Shown one piece after another: positions 1-13,100 of a DNA stretch of 64,000 nucleotides. The notes under the pieces were generated by a model. That model did not search any database, was not told the origin of the DNA, and worked only from the letters and a program-made list of their open reading frames with translations. The translations under genes and the position numbers were made by a program. The stretch comes from Octopus sinensis (taxonomy: Eukaryota): NCBI RefSeq assembly GCF_006345805.1, contig NC_042997.1, forward strand, positions 35,030,001-35,094,000, given 5' to 3'. The first letter of the stretch is position 1; each line of letters opens with the position of its first letter.

Positions 1-230
1 CAGCAATTCTTTACGTTTGGCCACTCCCTTTTCGATAGCCTACTTTCCCTGCAAAACAAAATGAACAACATGCGCTTCTGACTATCCTATTAGATTCAAG
101 CTTCCTTCATTTCTAGATTGTTGGTTTTTTTGATTTGATAACCACAAGCCGTTGGGCTGCTCTGTTCAGTGATACGTCAATATTTGCTGTTATGAAACAC
201 GTACAACCTCAAAATTTGAAAGGTTCTCTG

Positions 231-335
231 CAGTGTGTTCCCTGTCATTTGATGTGGTTAGCCAGAACCTGGATCATATCAGAGTATTAATAAGCTACCT
301 GTCCAGATTCAAAATCTCTAATCCTTATGGTATAT
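231..335 (+). repeat. Copy 1 of a local ~105-bp direct duplication (copy 2 at 744-848)
   Basis: Both copies share GTTAGCCAGAACCTGGATCATATCAGAGTATTAATAA exactly, with flanking similarity; offset 513 bp. Confidence 0.85.
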
Positions 336-498
336 CATCATCATCATCAGCAGCAGCAGCAGCAGCGTTTAACGTCTGCTTCTCATGCTAGCATGGGTTG
401 GACGATTTGACTGAGGTCTGGCGAACCAGATGGCTGCACCAGACTCCAATCTGATCTGGCAGAGTTTCTACGGCTGGATGACTTTCCTAACGCCAACC
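336..498 (-). mobile_element. 3' fragment of an RTE-tail-type SINE/LINE with (GAT/GCT)n tail
   Basis: (CAT)n(CAG)n tail followed by ...CTACGGCTGGATGACTTTCCTAACGCCAACC, a motif I recall from RTE-type 3' ends; family assignment from memory. Confidence 0.55.
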
Positions 499-743
499 GA
501 GTACGATATATAATATATTTTAATGCGCGGACACCCAAACTCTTTTATGGACCTCAGGGGTCATATGGACCTATGTTGAGGATAACTGATCTAAAGGGAA
601 TTTAATGAAGAAAATTCTGTAATAAACAATTCTTCTTTATGATGCCTTGATTATGTATTCTGCATGCGGTATAAAGTTCAAGGGAGCGAACTTAGGATTA
701 TCTATCAAGTGAAGTACTGTGTAATTGTTTATCGTAGACAATT

Positions 744-842
744 CAATGTGTTCCCTATCATTCGATGTCGTTAGCCAGAACCTGGATCATATCAGAGTAT
801 TAATAAACTGCCTGTCCGGATTCCAAGTCTCTATTCCTTACG

Positions 843-848
<6 letters not shown>
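744..848 (+). repeat. Copy 2 of the local duplication (copy 1 at 231-335)
   Basis: Direct alignment with 231-335; runs into (TA)n. Confidence 0.85.
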
Positions 849-874
<26 letters not shown>

Positions 875-2320
875 TATCCAAGCTACGCATTCACACGTCC
901 TTACGACGCATGAGTACGATATTTGGCACGTCATGCTGTTAGAAGTGTGCGCACCCGTGAACTAATAATATTATTTAATGCAAACTACTGTTTAAAAGAA
1001 AAAAGTGGAAAAGTGTCTTTTTGTTTGGGAATATATCTTTGTTGATGGAGCATTATTGTAGAACTTTACAATTATCGTTCGCTTGTTATGGAATAATAGC
1101 CATAAAATGTCTCTCAACGTTACGTAACCAAACTTGACTTTCAAAATGAATGTAAATTTAATAGAAAGCGAAAACCGAAGAGGAAAACAACATGAAAATT
1201 AAGAAATTGAAAAAAGTGGATCCCATGCAAAGATCTAGAAAGCTAAAGAATGACAAATAAGGTAAAAAAAACTAATGACACCTAGCCAATTTTAAGAGTG
1301 TATCTTCCATCTATCTACTGGAGTGATTGCTAACTCATTTTAAATACATGTCTGCTACCAAGAAAATGGAAGTTTAGAAACATTTTAGTAACCTCACTCA
1401 AGAAATAATGATAGTATTTAGCAAAAGAATATAGCGAAAACGTGGCTAAAATTCTAATCGTATAATTTTTCACTATACAATTTTACAAGAATTCCATCAA
1501 ATTTCGTCATGTAGACAGGCATTATAAATTAAATTGTATTCTTAAGTTTTCTTGCTTTAAATATGAATGCTAATTTTTCTCGTGATTAAAGTTATCTTTC
1601 TAATTTACTTTTACAATTCTATAGCCATTGGTATATACAACTGATGCAACATAATAAACAAAACAGCACTATACTAAATATTAACAATAGTATTATTATG
1701 TTCACCATGTCTAACCAAATATTTAATAACATTAATAGTATTATATCTATTTTCACTCATTGATATTGTCGTCGTACTAGCGTAGCTTTACGATCTAATG
1801 TTTGCATTGTTGGGTAAGATTTCAATTTGGTGAAGTTGAGAGACAAAATGATTCCACTATGTAATTACGTTAATTACTTTGAATGATAATTGTAACGAAA
1901 AGTAGAATAATAAGAAATATACACTTGACAATCTACGTCCAAGTTAACAGTCAGTCTTCTAAAAAAAACCACAACTTGAGAGCATAAAGATAAATCAAGA
2001 CAATATTTGCTTCTCTATACGGTCAACAAGTGTACAGGAAATAGCTGCTAGATGTCCTCCAAACCTATCACTATCACGATTAGACGATGTACTAGATAGC
2101 GAAATCTACCGTACATTATATCTGATGGAATAGTCATGGCGGGAAAATCTTTGATAATACATTGGCTCGAAGAGAACTAATTTCTATCTAGGGAAAATAA
2201 TGAAATAAAAACTATTTTAAAGGAAATAGAAGGTGAGAGTTTGACAGAAGCAGAAACAGTTAATAGTAAAAAGGAAAGAGAGAAGGAGAATGATAAAGAG
2301 CAGTCTGAATTAATCTGAAT

Positions 2321-2715
2321 TACTCTTTACTCTCTTTTACTTGTTTCAGTCATTTGACTGCGGCCAATGTGGAGCACCGCCTTTAGTCGAGCAAATCAAC
2401 CCCGGGACTTATTCTTTGGAAGCCCAGTACTTATTCTATCGGTCTATTTTGCCGAACCGCTAAGTGACGGGGACGTAAACACACCAGCATCGGTTGTCAA
2501 GCAATGCTAGGGGCACAAACACACATACGCACACATATATATATATACATATATACGACAGGCTTCTTTTAGTTTCTGTCTACCAAATCCACTCACAAGG
2601 CATTGGTCGGCCCGGTGCTATAGCAGAAGACACTTGCCCAAGATGTCACGCAGTGGGACTGAACCCGGAACCATGTGGTTGGTTAGCAAGCTACTTACCA
2701 CACAGCCACTCCTGC
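2321..2715 (-). mobile_element. SINE family A, full length (tRNA-like head, CORE-like centre, (AAGAGTA)n-like tail)
   Basis: Reverse complement aligns end to end with 3208-3623. Head GCAGGAGTGGCTGTGTGGTAAG...GGTTCAGTCCC has A/B-box-like motifs; CATCTTGGGCAAGT resembles the MIR/CORE motif. Confidence 0.85.
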
Positions 2716-2819
2716 TAAAAATATAGAAAGTCAGTATATAATATAAGGTGCTAGTAATAGAGACTAATATTGAATATAATATTCTTCCAAATATAGACTC
2801 AAGGCATGACATTTTGAGG

Positions 2820-3155
2820 GAGGGATTCTAACTGATTACATCGACAGTAGTGCTCAGCTGGTATTTATTTTCTCGGCGTTGCGAGGATGAAAGCTGAGGT
2901 CGCACTTAGCGAAATTTGAACTCAGGATGTAAGGAGGGACGAAATGCCGTTGGTATTTTATCTGATATGCCAATGATTCTGCCAGTTAAACTTTGAATAG
3001 AATATTAGTTCTAAATTTTGGCAGAAGGCCAGAAATTTCGGTTGCGCTGCTAAATCTATTACATCTGTCCTAGTGTTCAAAAGTGAATAGCAAAATCGAC
3101 CTTGGTAGAATTTTTACTCAGGACGTGAAGACAGACGAAATGCCGCTAAATGATA
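2820..3155 (-). mobile_element. Two degenerate tandem SINE family B fragments
   Basis: GAAATTTGAACTCAGGATGTAAG...GACGAAATGCCG and GAATTTTTACTCAGGACGTGAAGACAGACGAAATGCCG match family B at 17281-17512. Confidence 0.65.
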
Positions 3156-3207
3156 TTTCATTAAAACCTATATATTAAAAATTTATTCTGAATCTCAGAG
3201 TAAATTT

Positions 3208-3623
3208 CAGGAGTGGCTGTGTGGTAAGTAGCTTGTTTACCAACCACATGGTCCTGGGTTCAGTCCCACTGCGTGGCACCTTGGGCAAGTATATTCTACT
3301 ATAGCCTCGGGACGACCAAAGCCTTGTGAGTGGATTTGGTAGACGGAAACTGCAAGAAGCCCGTCGTATATATGTATATATATGTATATGCATGTGTGTG
3401 TTTGAGTGTCTGTGTTTGTCCCCACTCCCAACATCGCTTGACAACCGATGCTGGTGTGTTTATGTCCCCGTTACTTAGCGGTTCGGCAAAAGAGACCGAT
3501 AGAATAAGTACTGGGCTTACAAAAGAATAAGTCCCGGGGTCGAGTTGCTCGATTAAAGGCAGTGCTCCAGCATGGCCGCAGTCAAATGACTGAAACAAGT
3601 AAAAGAGTAAAGCGTAAAGAGTA
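3208..3623 (+). mobile_element. SINE family A, full length
   Basis: CAGGAGTGGCTGTGTGGTAAG...GGGTTCAGTCCCACTGCGTGGCACCTTGGGCAAG head, internal (TA/TG)n, tail AAGTAAAAGAGTAAAGCGTAAAGAGTA. Confidence 0.85.
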
Positions 3624-3725
3624 TATCTTAGTAAGGTAAGATTTCAATATATTTGTTCTTGTTATTTTCGATATTTAATAGAGTATCTACATATCTTTCA
3701 CTTACCATTCATTTTTACACACACG

Positions 3726-4084
<359 letters not shown>

Positions 4085-5029
4085 TGTATAATCCATATAT
4101 TTCGGCGAGCATTTGTAGTTAATATTAAGCATGGTTTGGATCAAGAGATGATTCGTATTTCTTTGAAATACAGTATTCACAGTGTTACCCGGTTTAAAAA
4201 TCACATAAAAATATTTAATATTATTCATAAACTATAAGGTAATAATAATCTTCAAGTGAATGCCAGACCTATATCCGCAAATATTGCAAGATCATAAAAC
4301 ACGAACGCTATTATTACACGAATATACTGGCGATGTGTATTATTGATTTCTCGCATTAGTATACAACCACATATCAACTTATGATTTAGTCGATTCAATC
4401 GGACATACCATAATGTTATGCTTGGAAGCTATAGTCTATTAAATCCATTTCGGTCTTCGATTGGTACTTCATTCTATCGATCACTGGAAGTTAAAAGCCA
4501 AAATTGACCTCGGCAGTATTTGTGTTGAGAAAATGAAGGACCGTAACTAAATATCCAAATGCATTTTGCTCTGCTACTACCCAGATTCATCCTATTAAAT
4601 ACTCTGTAGAAATAGTTGATTACATAGTAATATCTAAGCAAGGAAATATCATACTTGTATTATTATAATATTTCACTGTCTCGCGAAAGAAGTATTATGA
4701 AGAAACTCGAGTTTGTATTAGAAATATAGCAATAGACAAATATTAATAAAGAAACGAAATTGAACCAGTGAGTGACCCTCATGATATACAACGAAAGCTG
4801 TTTCAATACACAAATTCACATTAAGAATTCTGCCTATCAAAAAGCAAAAACAATTTTATGTAGTAACTTTGACATTCATATTCTTATAATTTTCATTTTT
4901 GCAATGCCTCCAATATAGAATTTAAAAACGTCATTGACACAATTCTTTAGAAACTTCAGTTGTTGTTGCAGGTATCTCATCTACTTTAGAGTTAATGAGG
5001 GCTGAAAACATAGCCAGCTTACATATAGC

Positions 5030-5190
5030 AGCCAAGTCTCCATCGAATTGCATCTTATCCTTTTAAAAGAGAAATGTCAGATAACGTAGTCCTAGTTATA
5101 CCGAAAAAATGTGGCAAACTTTTGTCTGTAACGGCCTGGATCATAGGATTGTTCAAGTAGAGCTGACCTCGGGTTAAGCAAGAACGTTGA
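5030..5190 (+). mobile_element. Old dispersed repeat (family D); related decayed copies near 2035-2200, 19925-20010 (-), 37225-37330 (-), 53345-53410
   Basis: Recurrent motifs (A)GCAGCCAAAT(C/A)TC, GATCATAGG and CTGACC(T)GGG...AAAC at these positions; heavily diverged. Confidence 0.4.
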
Positions 5191-6715
5191 TTTCAATAAC
5201 ATTGATTTCAAGGACGCTGTGCCTGAATATATATATGGGATTTGAGTTCAGTTCGTGAAAGACCAGAACAAATACTGTAAGGCGTGTTGTCCATTGCTCT
5301 AACGCTGCTACCATTATATTTTTACAAGATGAATAACACCAATTGTTTCTAATTTAGGCACAAGGCTGGTAAATGTGAGAAGAAATGTGTTAGGATTTTC
5401 ACATCGACCGCAATACTTTGCTGGTACCTATCTTCTCTAACTCCGAAGTGAGGAAAATCAAATACAACTTATGCTGAATAGAAGGGAAAACATTAAGAAT
5501 AGGAATAAATGCTGCAATCCATGCTGTAAGATGCCGTAAGGATCTTAACGATTCTCTGCTCTAAAAACTACAACTACACCACTCCCATGATCAACAACAA
5601 CAATAACAACAATAATAATAGCAAAATTGATTTCGGTTATAATATAATTGTCGTATCAACATATGGCATAGATCTAAACATCACATCTGAGATTCTTTTG
5701 AACTCGCTATTGCTTTCACAAACAGCAAAAATGAATTTATAAAACAGACGATAAATTGGAATTAGCGAAATTAATGACTTTCCTAACGCCTTTTACTAGG
5801 ACTACAGAAGGGAACTACACATAAGTAGGAAGTTAAAGAGAATCACATTGTGACTCACTAGAGGATTCTACTTGTGCTACGACAAACATTGTTTAGTGTA
5901 TAAAAGGCAATAATACCCACTCACACACACAAACGCAAACACAAACACACACATGTATGTGAAATTTTATACTGATCGGCTTTGGTGCGAATAAAATCCG
6001 TTTTGTGTTCAAGGGAATTTTTGTTCAGTCTGCGATTTAAATAAATTTCGAAAATGGATAAATAAATTCGGTGAAGGGAAGCTTGTCATGTTAATAAGAA
6101 CCTATGATCATTTTTTATAGTTTTTAAAGAATAGCTGCTAAATATAAGCTCGGGGGACATAATAACGAAAAACAAAATGGAGCAAAAGTGTTTTGAAACT
6201 CCGATTTAAAACACGTAAAATCAACACAACTTCGGTTTGCTTTATTTAATGTTACTTCATGTTCCTGCACTTAACATTTTATTATCAAATCGTGATTATG
6301 CACACATAAATAAATTTATATAAACAAACCGGAACACAAACTCGCATCCTATCAGACGGAATTTAAATTCCCCGAGTGGAGTGAATCATAATATAATACC
6401 CATACATCCATACATAGCTACCTTTATAAGAATCAGGAACTGCGAACACACGCGCACATATTTATAAATATATCTACACACCTCATACACACACTCACAC
6501 ACGCACACACACATGTATGTATATGTTTGTATATGTATGTGTCTATGGATATATAGTTGAATATATATATATATATATATCGCTTGTAGAAATACATAAA
6601 TCCGGATGAGAAGCACACTCTAAGATGTGGAGTAGTTAATATTATAGTGGGGTATGCCGGTTTACGGAGTACTGGCCTTCTGCACTATAATATTTATATA
6701 TATACATACATATAT

Positions 6716-6735
6716 ATACACACATGCATGTATAA

Positions 6736-6802
<67 letters not shown>

Positions 6803-6931
6803 TATGTATATATCACCGTGATCATCGTGACCGACCAGGCTATCAGATGTTGCTACACATCGCTGGTCACAATAGGCTTCCCATTGTTTTAGCCTTCACA
6901 TGACGCCAACCCACTGGCTAGGCGAGCAGGC

Positions 6932-7025
<94 letters not shown>
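6716..7025. repeat. (TA)n/(TG)n microsatellite hosting a SINE fragment
   Basis: Directly visible. Confidence 0.9.
6812..6934 (-). mobile_element. SINE family C (tail type 2), 3' fragment
   Basis: Reverse complement matches 28660-28778 (GGCCTGCTCGC...GCTAAAACAATG...GTGACCAGCGATGT...CATCTGATAG...GGTCGGTCACG). Confidence 0.8.
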
Positions 7026-7026
<1 letters not shown>

Positions 7027-7859
7027 CACGTAGATTTATACATACATAACACAATATGACAATCGATTGACACGTGGTGGATTGCTAATCTCTAGTGCAG
7101 TGTATTACACTGACTACATAGACTATATATAATTACATATATAAAGGGCTCTTATTAATGACTTTTGGCTTAATGTATGCACAAAGCGTCGTATGAATGA
7201 TCTCATCAGACAGACCAAAGAACAGAAAGCAACAATCTGAGTACACGCAACTTTAAAAGAGTACACAGACTATACCTACTGATAATGATAAGAAGCTGGA
7301 TAGTTACCATATTCTTTTTAACACCTTTCTAGGAAAATATATATTTCCATTAATTCAGCATCGAAATAAAATACAAATAAAATAAAAAGCCATTTCCCTG
7401 TTTTGCCTTGGACATTCAGTTACTTATGATTATCCATATATTATACATTATGCAGATATAACTGAGTTGAATTCTTATGAACGTATTGTGCTATTGGAAT
7501 TAAGATATCGTTTTACTGGGGAAATTAGAGAGCAAGTTTACTTTTCGTCTACGTATATGCGATTGTATTATATGATTTTTTTCCTGAATACAGCTGCAAC
7601 TGTTTGATGTGTGGTATCACAGAATATTTTCTAATCAATAAAGAAGTAGGTTGATATGTCTAGAGGTCGGTATATATGCATGTAAACACCCCAAAATATA
7701 TGTGTTTGAATGTGTGCACATATATGAATGGGTGTATGTGTGCATTTCTGTTTACATATGTATAATGTAAACACACATACACACACATGCATATATATAA
7801 CATATATGTGGGTGTATATATATATATACATACATTCATACATACATATATACATACAT

Positions 7860-7892
<33 letters not shown>

Positions 7893-8264
7893 CCGGAGTA
7901 AGCACATAAGTGTGAAACAAGGTGTAAAAAAAGAACTCAAATACTAGAGGTAGAGTAATTTGCATTATTTAAATAAAGTATATATATATATATGTTCACA
8001 CACATAGATATAGCTAATCCCTTCAACATGAACACATCATTCAAAGTACTGCCAAAATTCTGCCTGCATTTACCTGGGATTAAGTATAGCGACCTATACT
8101 TAAACGGAAGTTCGACCCAACCTCAATACTCTCTGGAAAAAGTCGAACTGTGAATTTTATTATACTGTCTGCATTCTTATGTCTACTTTTACTCTTTATT
8201 CTTCTATTCTATTCCTTATAAACTGTGAATTTCCCTGTATAGAACTTTCATACATACTCACATT

Positions 8265-8340
8265 GTCTCTGATGACAGAATACCCAGTGTACGAACATGC
8301 TAGCCTATAACTTAGAACATTCCAGAAACAGCTGTAAGAC
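8265..8340 (+). ncRNA. Putative type I hammerhead ribozyme (Penelope-like/retrozyme type)
   Basis: GTCT(8265-68)-CTGATGA(8269-75)-49 nt-GAAA(8325-28)-palindrome CAGCTG-TA-AGAC(8337-40). Helix I GTCT/AGAC pairs; predicted cleavage after GUA at 8336. Confidence 0.65.
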
Positions 8341-8689
8341 TTAGAATTAGCCTTACCTTAATTAAATCATTATAAATAACTTGAGATACTCCTTCCGCCT
8401 TGGTTTTTGATTCTTTTTCCTCTAATATATATATATATATATATATACGTCCATACATACATACGTCCATACATACATACGTACATATATAAATAATACT
8501 TACATACATACATATATAGATACATGCATACATACATACATGCATACATACATATATAAGAAGAATGTCTACATTACATGTGCATTCACTAACGACTGAA
8601 ATAGTATCATAAGGTTAGGCAAAAATCCCTGAATTGGTACGATGAGTTTACAACTGTTTCATGAAAAGCAAGAGGGACTGGACAGACTT

Positions 8690-9290
8690 GCGAAGAAAGA
8701 ATCTTTGAGGAGAAATATTACGTAACCCTAAATTCATGTATCTATATCCAAATTGCAATTATAACACAATTGATAAGAAACGTAACCACTCCTGGACTTG
8801 GGATAAATACATCACATCTTACGTAGAAGGCTGAATACTCTCCAAGGTGTTAGCAATTAAATAACTGATCATCGAGAGATCTTATCCTTCATGTTGTGAA
8901 AGAAAATTGATAGTGCCATACGATTGTGAATGATATCACCCATACCATCAGTAACTGTCCAAAAATATCTGCAAGATTCTTTCTTCCCAAGAGATAGTAG
9001 ATTGTCGCTAAAACATGTACACTGCTGCACGAATGTATCCTTTTCGTCACCAGATCCCAAATGTATCAACATCTTAAAAAGTAAAGAACACTGGTGGAAC
9101 ATTTCAATAAAACAGCAACAGTCCAGACAATATTCATAGGGGTCAGGTTTCTTTGTCAAATATTTGAGAAAAGAACATTTATGTGGAATCTAAGCGCACT
9201 ACACAATATCGCAAATATTTGCATAAAAATTAAAAATTCTGGGGTTCCCCCAAAAGAACGAAGTAAACAGATTTGAATGCTCCAAATACA
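8690..9290 (+). pseudogene. Degenerate C-terminal region of an RLE-type non-LTR retrotransposon
   Basis: Broken frames read NHSWTWDKYITSYVEG, VNDITHTISNCPKISARFFLPKR (remnant of the CCHC knuckle H..S.C), KEHWWNISIK; many stops and frameshifts. Confidence 0.55.
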
Positions 9291-9774
9291 ATTAGTCGTA
9301 CTCTGAGAAATGTTAAGCCATAGCAACAATTCGGCAGTTGAGGTTCATGGACTGAACGCAATGCACAAAATCACATATGCATATGGACTACACAAACACG
9401 CACATAGACAGATAGTAATGAAGCAGGTGCACTCGCACACACGCACACAGACACAGACACACACATCTATACACTTTAGTACATGAATGTGAGTTTATCC
9501 ACACGCGTATTCGTACACACGAACAAACATATATGTACACATAAACAGTTCAGAACATCACAAGCTCCAAGAGGTGTTTTGATCAAGCAAGAGGACCTAG
9601 TCACTTTGTGGCTGGGTTGATCTTTGCAGAGGTAAAAACTAAAACAATCCCTCATTCTCTCTCCCCCTCTCTCTCTCTCTGTATACATATATACATACAT
9701 ACATGATGGCCGTCCACTCGTGACTGAGGAAGACAATTGCTGACCTTCAGGAACATTATGCGCTCTAAGAGTAA

Positions 9775-10095
9775 CTTATATTTTGCATTTGCTGCTCCGT
9801 TGGTGGCTAATGAGACCTGCTCTTGGCAAGCATACGCGACTGGAAACATTTCAAACCAAGCTTTCCCCATTCACTACACCAGCAGTGCACTTTCGAGCAG
9901 CACGCTTAAGTTCTTCATGCAGAATACGTGCTCTCTGAAAAGTGTTGATCCCCCACTTAACCTGCTTCCTCTATCTGTGGCGATGACAGGCAGTGCTCTC
10001 CCAGTCAGTCTCCTGCATATCATAGGTCTTTATTGAGGAGCTGACAAAGTCCTTAAATTGCAGCTTTGGTTTCTGCCAGGTTCTCTTTCCCCATA
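9775..10095 (-). pseudogene. 3' end of an RTE-clade LINE ORF
   Basis: Minus strand reads GKRTWQKPKLQFKDFV...DWESTACHRHR*RKQVKWG...ELKRAARK...CLPRAGLISHQR, the typical RTE C-terminus. Confidence 0.7.
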
Positions 10096-10096
10096 T

Positions 10097-10156
10097 ACAC
10101 ACACACATACATACATACATACATACATACATACATACATACATACATACATACAT
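10097..10156. repeat. (CA)n/(TACA)n microsatellite
   Basis: Directly visible. Confidence 0.95.
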
Positions 10157-13100
10157 ACATACATACATACATACATGTAGAAAGTATTGATGTAGGATAT
10201 AAAACATGTGAGCTGATATCTAATGTGCAAATTAGTGCCATATCAGTCACCCATGAACCCAATATATAATTCTGCAGTCGGTTTATTAAAATGTGTGAAT
10301 ATTTGGGATCAAACTCTGGAGTACTCTAAAAGAATTGAACTCAGAGCGTAGAAACTGTGACCAAATACACCAGAGGACGTGGACGTAAAGACGCTATTAG
10401 TTCACCGCTGTGTTCTTCAATACTTTAGTTTTAATATGAGTAAACACATTTCGACGTTAGAAAAAGGAAACGTCATGTTAGCCTCTATGAGTAATGAACT
10501 TCGAACTGAAACAGCCGGAGGAAATGTTGAAAAGTATAATGAGGTACAGTGTCTCATTAAAGACCTCACTATCAGTGCTGCACATGGTTTTAAGGCACAT
10601 CACATGTGAATCTGCTCTCTAGTTACAAATATGCCACTAATCAATCATTTCTGTTGGTTTATGGCCTTTATCGTTTACTTTGTATCTTATTTAGTTACAT
10701 GTTTATCCATCTCTTACTTGGCGACAGAGCATGAGCTTAATCATCATGTTTTCATTTTACATACATTGCTTAATGCTGTATATAGAATACATACATTCAT
10801 GCAATTCACTCATACATTGCACTACTGTATTATATGTTTTGGCTCGTATTTTACAAGTGTTATACTATATATTTATGCAGACATGCATTTTTCAATGTTA
10901 TAGTTTTCATAGTTCATCACCTCTCTTCTTTTTTTACTCTATCTTTCCATCATTCTCCACTCATGTGGTGTGTAGATTTGTTATAATGTGTTGTCCATTG
11001 GTATACTCATCCCTCCTACTCATTCCCCGTTAATTTACTCGATCTTAGTCTCTCCACTTCCCTCTTTTTTTTACAAACTTTGATAAAAAAATGTATAATT
11101 CCTTTCTCTCACTCTTATCTCACTTCCCCATGAGCCATTTTACTGTTGTTTTCCCTTTTTTCTGATATCTGCTACATTACTATTCTCTTTCATTTCCTAA
11201 GTTTTTTATTCTGCTTTCTTATTTCTTTATTTCTGCTTTCTACAACCATGCTGTTAGCATCAGTTTTCGTTTTTCACCGAAGCAAGCGTTCGAAACGTTG
11301 ATCTTTTGCTTCTCGCGATAAATCAATTCACTGATATTTTCTATGAACTTTCTCCAGCCAATATAATGCACTTGATTGTATATTGTTACAAAATGTAAGA
11401 TTTTTGAAATCTATATACCTATAATTAAAGCCGTATACCCGTATGAAATAGCCATAATTTTGCCGAATATCGTTCTCATTATCACAGCAATGAATATTGA
11501 ATAGATGGCATTTCATATTCCTTTATACATTCATATATAAATATATTTAGAAATATTTTGGTTTATTCTTTACACGTTAATAATTATTGGTTTCTTACTC
11601 GGGCACAAAGCCAATTTCTGCAGAGTAGTTTTGTTTGAAATCTGATTATAGCAGATTTATGCATTAGAACGTCTTTGAACAGGAACCAGTCAAATACAAA
11701 TAAGAATGCATTGATACAGATCACTATATCTAAGTTTATATTCATTATTTTCGAAATTATATTGCTAATAAATATTAGACAAATTATATCTTACAATGAC
11801 AAAGAACACTTGTTGAAAAGGAAGCAGATAATCAACTGTATTTACCCCATTGTGTTACTGGTATTAATTTGATCGACCTTTGCAGCTGGAAATGTATAGT
11901 CGACACTGTTGAGATTTATATCCAAAATTAGTGGATATAAAAACCCATGACTGATAGCTTAAGAGTCAGAACTCTGTTGTATCGACCATGAGCAGATACT
12001 ATCCACAATGGAAACAGAATAAAATACTGTTGTTGAATCCCTAAGGAATATAATTTCTTTACTTTTTCAATTACTTGATCGTAGATTCGAGAGTGGTTAT
12101 CGAATATCTTGAATCCTACAAATTCTATCAAAAGCTGTTCATCATTAAAACAAAATATTAAAGGTATTTATGTTAATAGATTTGGGGAGGAAATGTTTTA
12201 TCTGAACATATAGCATGCCAAAAGAAAAGAAAAGACAAAAACAAAATACTTGTGATATAACCTATTCAATTGTGAAATACTTCATCGCTTAAATTATAAT
12301 GACAGTGTTGAACTAAATAACATCGGAGTACAGCCCGACGTATAATTATGAACTAAATAGGGATTATATTCATTCTTGCAAATATAAACCTACGAAATTT
12401 CTTGAACTGAAGCGTGAATTCAAAACTAATGAAAGGCAAATCATACAGAACGAAATTTTGAAGGATTTATAACTGATGCCTAGTGAGCCACTTTTGCACG
12501 CTATCAAAATATAAGATCAGCAAATTATTAAATCTTATTTCCAGCTTTTCTTCGTCGAAGTAAAGCGATAGATGGATAAGGTTATACAGAAGGATTAATC
12601 CACTTTTCTGGCTGGCCTTGACCAAGAAAAAATAAGGCATTATCTGGGTTTCTTTTGCTTAATCTACTAATTCTATTTGAAAATATAATTGTGCATGTTG
12701 TGTTGCTAGTATATACAAGAGCAAGCGTGCTTAGATGTTGAAGATAAAAAAGACTGCTGGGCAACCATTAGAGGGGTCAACAGTTCACGTATAATACCAT
12801 GTTTACTTCTTCCTCACCTGCCATGAAATCTTATATATAACTAAATGAATTAATGTCGATAACACATTTGTTTTCGGTTTAGTTAACACAATTGTGTTTT
12901 AAATACAATATTTAATATAAAGTTTTGGTGCTATGAAACGAAATATTTTGACTTCAATCAGAAGATATATTGATATACAACAGATAATCTTGGAAGTAAC
13001 TATATGATTAGAAACATACATTTACAGTTTACAAGTTTAATAAACGGAAAAACTATATTATACTACCAGGAAAATATTTTGAGCTCCATCAGGTTTATGA

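Noticed and set aside
11271-11305. CACCGAAGCAAGCGTTCGAAACGTTG, resembling the 55.8-kb hammerhead-like family
   Set aside because: Only GAAACGT is intact; no CUGANGA and no convincing helices.
11928-12131. 67-aa minus-strand ORF after a possible acceptor site
   Set aside because: No recognisable homology and no clear donor or partner exon.
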